In this document: positions 58,172 through 64,000 of the stretch, piece by piece | How the letters are laid out: every line of letters begins with the position of its first letter | How positions within the stretch are numbered: position 1 is the first letter of the stretch | Assembly: GCA_965224705.1 (NCBI GenBank) | Contig: OZ245056.1 | Location: 480,001 to 544,000, forward strand | From: Spirochaetaceae bacterium | Lineage (GTDB): Bacteria > Spirochaetota > Spirochaetia > DSM-2461 | Direction: 5' to 3' | DNA length: 64,000 nt | The notes under the pieces: generated by a model | What the model was told of the DNA's origin: nothing | The model's input: the letters and a program-made list of their open reading frames with translations, nothing else | Database searches by the model: none | Made by a program: the position numbers and the translations under genes

Positions 58172-59293
58172 TTGGGTATGGATTGGAAGGCATGTGAAAT
58201 ACGACACGCTTATTGGTCAATAAAGCATAGCCTGTTTCTGCTTACGATCATTGTATTCACATCCTGTGCTTCTACCCCAGAATCGGAGAGCAGCGGCAGC
58301 ACGGGAGCACCCGATTGGTACATGAATCTCCCCCAGGAGGAAGGCTATACCTACGGCTACGGCAGCGGTCAGAGTCAGAAAGAAGCTGCCGCCCGTGCAC
58401 TGGAAGACATGGCCATACAGATGCAAACCCGTATTCAGTCCAAACTGGAAAGCCAGATCAGCATAACTGGTGCCGAACAGGAATTCAGCCTGAACAATCA
58501 GCTCAGCCAGAGCACCGACGTGGAAATTCTGGGTGCGGAGCCGCTGCGCTCTGCTCAACAGGGCAATCAGCACTTTGCCGCCTGGCGTTACAACAACAAG
58601 CCGCTGCGCGTGCGTACCCTGGATGCGGCTTCATCGAAATCTATCCGGGATGCAGCCGGTAGTCCCGAAGTCAGTCAGAGCAGCATAAAATCCCGCTTGC
58701 CCCTGTCGGTCTTTTTGAGTAACAAGGGCAAATCCGCCGACTTCATACTGGACTACCGGAACGGTATGTACCGGCTGAGCATAAATGGACAGAACATACC
58801 GGTAAGCCGTAGTGAATTTGCCGAGAACTTCATGGTCAATCTGGAGCCCGAACGGTTCATCATTGTTCCCGGTCTTAAAAATGGATTGAGCCTCCCCAAT
58901 CTGCCGCCGGACACCCTTAAAGACGGCCAACATTATCTTGTGCAGTACACTCCCCTCGCCAACGGCTACCTGAGTACTGTTACTATGGATGCCGCCGGAA
59001 TCGTTCTGGCCCTGCTTAAAAATCATCCTGTCCAGGCCGGGGAAACTGTGGAATATCCAGACACAAGTCTTTACGATGGACTGATTGCCTCCAGAATCGG
59101 AAAGGGGATATCATCTACCGACATGATTCTGGCCATTGAATCCGCCAAGCCGCTGGACTTTATCAACGCAGTACAAAATGTCACCGAATCGACCGTCAAT
59201 CCCGACGATGCTGCCAACTACACTTATGGTGAACTACTGGAACTCCTGTCGGGCCATAGCTACAGTGCAAAAATACTGCGGATTACGGACTAA
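58172..59293 (+). CDS. LPP20-like lipoprotein
   Basis: Lipobox FTSC, APDWY...GYGSG...A...AL..MA.Q....I.S pattern; start uncertain. Confidence 0.7.
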   Translation: MGMDWKACEIRHAYWSIKHSLFLLTIIVFTSCASTPESESSGSTGAPDWYMNLPQEEGYTYGYGSGQSQKEAAARALEDMAIQMQTRIQSKLESQISITGAEQEFSLNNQLSQSTDVEILGAEPLRSAQQGNQHFAAWRYNNKPLRVRTLDAASSKSIRDAAGSPEVSQSSIKSRLPLSVFLSNKGKSADFILDYRNGMYRLSINGQNIPVSRSEFAENFMVNLEPERFIIVPGLKNGLSLPNLPPDTLKDGQHYLVQYTPLANGYLSTVTMDAAGIVLALLKNHPVQAGETVEYPDTSLYDGLIASRIGKGISSTDMILAIESAKPLDFINAVQNVTESTVNPDDAANYTYGELLELLSGHSYSAKILRITD

Positions 59294-59352
59294 GAGTCTG
59301 TCAGACTTTAAGACTTCGAGGCGATTTTTGATGATTTTTTTCGATACAAGGC
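59293..59352. mobile_element. MITE family A, 5' fragment
   Basis: agagtctgtcagactttaagacttcgaggcg... beginning at the TAA stop. Confidence 0.75.
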
Positions 59353-59490
59353 GTCTACAGGTTCAGAGCTCGCCAGTATTTCCATTTTGACGAGAAAAAC
59401 ATTATATCAGAACTTGAGTTTCCGTAAGAAAATTCATGGTTACCCAATCAGTGGATTCCAGCCCTTTATCAATGAGTTTCTGGAAGGTAT

Positions 59491-60898
59491 TAGTTGCGTC
59501 AATATAAAATCTACTCGAACAGGAATAGTTGCCTCATAATTAAATTCTACTCCTGGCAGAGGCCATCATCATTGGACTCTCTCCTTCACTTTAGGGTATG
59601 GCTGATCCAGTCTGTCAGCATTTTTTATTAGCTTCTTCTGAAGATTTGCCACTTCCAGAGCCAGAGCAACCGGGTCGATTCTTTCACGCTGCTCCCTGAT
59701 GGCCGCTTTTATACTCTCTCCAACAGCGGGACTCTCCAGCAGCCGCACAGCGGCACACTTCGGCTGATCATACTTCTTGCTGCACCTTGCCCCCCGCCGT
59801 TTCTTCTCCACCAGCTTATAGGTCGGGTAAATGTAATTCTGAAGCAGTCCTTGAATCCGATAGATTTCATTGAGCAGGAAGAGGGCTTCAGGAGTTGTAT
59901 AGCGGGCATAGCCGATGAGTTTACGCACCGCGTCAAAATTCTTCTGCTCCACATAGCAGTTATCATTCTTCTTTCCCGGTCGACCGCGCGTAAAGTCTAA
60001 ATGACTGTTTCCACAATAGGCGATAAGAGCATGGTTAATGAATTCAGAACCATTATCAGGATGAATCTGAGTGAAGGGTAGAGGACACTCCTCTCTCATC
60101 TCTTTAAGAGCTTCAATCACCCATTTATGAGCTCTATTGAGCAGAGCCCTACGCTCACACCAACTAAGAGTATACATCGGTGGCGGTCAGCGTAAAGCAG
60201 CATTGCCCTCTCACAAGACCTCCATCGTGACCGACGCAATCCAGCTGAAATTCTCCGGGAAGAACATTTTGCCACTCCCCAAAGGTTCTGATGGGAATCT
60301 GACTGATCAGCGATGAGTTGGAACGGGTATAGCTTGTCCCCTTGATTTGCTGTTTATCGGGATGCCCTTGGAGCATCCGATCCACCGTTGCCGGACTGAT
60401 TTGGCGCAATAAGCGGCATTCTTCCCCGCTGAGTTTACTAATCGGAAGTCTGTTTTCCAGACTCTTGAAGTTCTCTCTGATGAGGGGAACCAGCAGTTTG
60501 CCGCATTTATGCCCGAATAGACTCCATAGCCACTCGACAGTTTCTTTAATAACCAAAGGGTACTTTGGAGGGCGTCCGCCGCCTTTACGCCTCTTTTTGG
60601 CTGTTGTGTACTGCTTCGGCTGGTTAGGACTGTCATCCCTTACTCTCGTGCCATACCAGCGAAGAAGAGTCGCGGCATAAGAGCGATTATAGCTGGTTAT
60701 CCGTACAAAATGAGTCAGAATCACACTTTTCTCCTTCCGTGAGGCTTTTCTATACCGTACAGCCTCATCTCTTGCTAATTCCCGTCTGGTTTTCATTGTC
60801 AACCTCATAACTCGACCTCTTACCTCAAAGGTCGTTCAAGTAGATTTTAGTTATGAGGCAACCACGTGCTTTCGAGTAGATTAATTATGAGGCAATTC
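59491..60898 (-). mobile_element. IS element (integrase-core DDE transposase), frameshifted
   Basis: ORFs 60164-60808 and 59569-60177 with FQLD, DNGSEF, KNDNCYVEQKN; doubled subterminal repeats gtagatt..ttatgaggcaa at both ends. Confidence 0.85.
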
Positions 60899-60915
60899 GA
60901 GCTATTGACTACCTG

Positions 60916-62954
60916 GTTTCAGTAATCATGTAATTGGTGTATGATGCTGTAAGTTTCATCGCCAAAGAAGTCAAAAAATCTAAATGTGTTTCAGTAATCA
61001 TGTAATTGGTGTATGATGCTGTAAGCTTGATCACGGCGGCAAAAAGAAAGCTGATGGCAACGTTTCAGTAATCATGTAATTGGTGTATGATGCTGTAAGT
61101 CTGAATTCTTTTGCGTAGTACCGGGGTAACCTGTCAAGTTAACTGTCCACTTTTTTCATGAAACTCATGATGGCCTGTCTTTCAAGCCGTCAAATGAATC
61201 CCTATGGCCTCATTGGCCGATCGTCCACCCAGTATCCGCCGTGGGTAGTTGTTGACCCAATCCTGTATCTCCCTGATCTCCTTCTTGCTGTAGCACCCTA
61301 TATCACTACCTTTAGGTATGAATCGCCGTACCACGCCATTGGCATTTTCATTGCTTCCCCGCTCCCACGATGAGTATGGGTGCGCGTCGTAAATAGTTGA
61401 TCTCTTGCCCCGGGTTAGGCAGGAGCGTTCCATCTTCTGGCTGTCCATAAATTCACTGCCGTTGTCGCATGTGATTGACTTAAACACCTTCCGAAACTGC
61501 CGACTGCCCAGTTTTTTCTCTAACTTATCCAACGTTTTTACCAGGCTATTTTATGTTCCGTATCGCTCAAGGAGAGTCATCAGAGTTTGTTTGCCCTTGC
61601 CTTCAGCTCCGACAATGCTATCTATTTCCCAATGACCAAATTCTTCCCGTTTTTCAATATAATCCGGTCGGGTTGAAATACTCTTCATGGCTGACTTTGC
61701 TCTGTTGTGCCTCTTATAGCCTTTTGAGCCCTTCTTATGCCTTCTTTTGCCCCGGAGCAGGTACTTCCTGGCATCCCCCAGCAGACCTTCATGAATATAC
61801 CGGTAGAGGGTTCTTGTGCTGATTCTTGTGTCCGTTGGCCATGAGAGCTTCTTATAGTGCATGATGACCGCGTCAGGGCTGTATTTCTTTGCAAGGAGCT
61901 TTCTGATTTCCTTGACAAGTTTGTAATCGGCTCCAGGCTTCAATTCGGGCCCCTTTGCTTCAAGCTCCCTACGAGCCTTCCCCTGGGCAATATCTGCGCT
62001 ATAGGTCTGATATTCAGATAAGTCACTATTGCGAAGCCTGACGGCCCCTCGGTTGAGTTCTCTTCGTATGCTTCTTTCACAGCGATCCAGGATGCTCGCC
62101 ATCTGTTTGATTCTTATCCTGTTTTTCCCTTTTTTGCGAATCATTCTTTCCAGAATAAGCCGTTCTTCCCAGTTGAAGTGTTTCCCCCTTCTACTGCTCG
62201 TGTTATTGTACTCTTGCCCCATATTAACTCCTGTTTTGTTTGTTTTAAGTAGTATACATGAGTTTCATGGGGCTTTTTTACCCTCCTTATTGCGGACAGT
62301 TAATGTTACAATTCACCCTACACACGTTTCAGTAATCATGTAATTGGTGTATGATGCTGTAAGTTGATGGCGGCGGCAAAAAGAAAGCCGACGGCAATGT
62401 TTCAGTAATCATGTAATTGGTGTATGATGCTGTAAGGCAGACCCCCAGGACCAGAACCCCGCCTGGAAATACGTTTCAGTAATCATGTAATTGGTGTATG
62501 ATGCTGTAAGTCAAGAAGGAAATAATGAAGGGGTTCTATTATCAGTTTCAGTAATCATGTAATTGGTGTATGATGCTGTAAGCTCAATGCTCTATGAGAT
62601 TATTGCTCACACGGTCTAGTTTCAGTAATCATGTAATTGGTGTATGATGCTGTAAGTTCAGACAATCTTCAAATTACGTTGAAGGGGATATCGTTTCAGT
62701 AATCATGTAATTGGTGTATGATGCTGTAAGCTTTAAAGGGGGGACATTGACTTAATTTGCCATTTTTGCGTTTCAGTAATCATGTAATTGGTGTATGATG
62801 CTGTAAGGATACCGGAGGGGGATAATGAAGTGCTGGTCAGTAGTTTCAGTAATCATGTAATTGGTGTATGATGCTGTAAGAGATATGCGGGGCAGGTCAG
62901 TTCCAGGAAAGTTTACGTTTCAGTAATCATGTAATTGGTGTATGATGCTGTAAG
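60916..62954 (-). CRISPR. CRISPR array, 12 identical 38-bp repeats (3 + 9), split by IS30
   Basis: Repeat gtttcagtaatcatgtaattggtgtatgatgctgtaag (minus strand ends GAAAC) at 60916, 60988, 61062, 62326, 62399, 62473, 62545, 62619, 62693, 62770, 62843, 62917; spacers 34-39 bp. Confidence 0.97.
61124..62318 (-). mobile_element. IS30 family element, transposase disrupted
   Basis: GHWEID, DNGSEF, PYSSWERGSNENANG, NNYPR; imperfect 27-bp TIRs; ORF broken near 61551. Confidence 0.9.
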
Positions 62955-63150
62955 CCCGCCGCAACTCTTTTTACAGAAAAAGGTTGCGGCGGGACTTGCC
63001 TCTGATTTTATCGAAAAGCTGATATTTACGTAAAATAGTTGACTTTTTGCGAAAAAAAGATTATTTTTGAGAAACCAATTACGTGATTCTGTAATCACCC
63101 AAAAGTATTTTGATCGGCACCTCTGCCAGGCTCTGCCTGGCACGTCTGTG
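62955..63150 (-). promoter_or_regulatory. CRISPR leader
   Basis: AT-rich segment between cas4 and the first repeat. Confidence 0.7.
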
Positions 63151-63152
63151 TT

Positions 63153-63728
63153 TTATTCCCTGTCATTACAGCGGTTAAGGTATTCACAATTCGTACACTG
63201 ATTGATTGAAGCGGGAGAATCCGGTTTAATTCCTTTTCTTACCATGGTTTGAATCTCTCTAATACTGCTAAGTACATCATTTTTCATACTCTGTGTAAAC
63301 ACTATTTTATGTAATGATTTTTTGCCCTCCGCCAGAAAACCATAGGGACAATTCTTGCGGAAAACCTCTTCCGCCATCAAACCATAGGCGGCCAGCTGCA
63401 GAATTCCTCCCTTTTTTCGGTAAGTTGAAGCCAGCTTGAACTCCACAGGATACACCTGCTCCTCTGTTTCCACAAGCATATCGGCAATGCCGTGGAGATT
63501 GAATCTTTTGGAAGTCAGATGGTAATCAAAGTAAACCTTCCCCTGCTCCAGGCCAAAGCGGGATAGATTTCTGCGCTGCCATAGTTTTATTTCATCCTGA
63601 TGAAACCTCTCTCCCTGATTCACCCATATCGGATAGACCGGAGTAAAGGATGTCAGCTCCATGTAGTAGACAATTCTGGGGCAGTAATGCCATTGGCGGA
63701 TATAATTGGCGGGAATGCTAGATAACAC
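63153..63728 (-). CDS. cas4: CRISPR-associated exonuclease Cas4
   Basis: YCPR, GIAD, PVEFK, QLAAY, C..C.Y...C; GTG start after ggagaa. Confidence 0.92.
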   Translation of the reverse strand: MLSSIPANYIRQWHYCPRIVYYMELTSFTPVYPIWVNQGERFHQDEIKLWQRRNLSRFGLEQGKVYFDYHLTSKRFNLHGIADMLVETEEQVYPVEFKLASTYRKKGGILQLAAYGLMAEEVFRKNCPYGFLAEGKKSLHKIVFTQSMKNDVLSSIREIQTMVRKGIKPDSPASINQCTNCEYLNRCNDRE

Positions 63729-64000
63729 AGTTCTCCTTCCAGTCCTCGAAATCCTTCTTCTTATGCCCAATCAAATAGCTGAAGCCGCGGCCGTTAAAAT
63801 TCGTCCGGGTAATCAGGGTTTTATCCTCTTTTTTGACCAGGTGACTGATGAAACGGCGTATTCCATTGAGTTCCGCCTGTGTCAGATATCCCCAGAACAC
63901 CGATTTCTGCATGGGTTTAAGCCCATTTTTCGCCAGTTCATTGTAAACCTTCTTCCGTATCTTGTTATCTTCTATATCGTAGCAGACAAGGTATTCCTGT
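63718..64000 (-). CDS. cas2: CRISPR-associated Cas2 (5' partial)
   Basis: YLVCYDIEDNKIR...MQKSVF. Confidence 0.9.
   Translation of the reverse strand, partial: QEYLVCYDIEDNKIRKKVYNELAKNGLKPMQKSVFWGYLTQAELNGIRRFISHLVKKEDKTLITRTNFNGRGFSYLIGHKKKDFEDWKENCVI

Noticed and set aside
60954..62916. Self-targeting spacers within the window
   Set aside because: No match noticed by eye; a proper search was not possible
1..64000. tRNA or rRNA genes
   Set aside because: No cloverleaf or rRNA-like sequence recognised

Overview
A 64-kb bacterial chromosomal window, probably from a Spirochaeta-like organism (inferred from protein style, not proven). The left part (1-38.7 kb) holds a type I R-M hsdR, housekeeping and transport genes (thpR, rhomboid, rlmE, Ktr/Trk, actP, deoB), two sugar ABC operons and a ROK-GH9-GH20-GH2 amino-sugar cluster. 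It is interspersed with AAA-ATPase/PD-(D/E)XK nuclease paralogues and several MITE families. The right part (38.7-64 kb) is a decaying defence/diversification island. It contains remnants of two different HRDC-type diversity-generating retroelements (DGRs): two FGE/CLec target genes, two orphan variable-repeat alleles, a frameshifted HRDC gene, and an RT interrupted by a MITE and truncated after YMDD. I found no template repeat by eye. The island also carries more AAA-PD-(D/E)XK copies and fragments, a WD40-caspase lipoprotein, an ankyrin lipoprotein, a reciprocally deleted Rpn/LPP20 duplication, two IS pseudogenes, and a 12-repeat CRISPR array (split by an IS30-family element) with cas4 and cas2. 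Main leads: the template-less multi-VR DGR remnants, the block-mosaic AAA-nuclease family with tandem C-terminal cassettes, a stand-alone Rpn C-terminal mini-gene, a MITE family with a shared core but swapped termini, and two spacers that hit the same locus of related invaders. All product calls come from motif recognition; no database searches were run.
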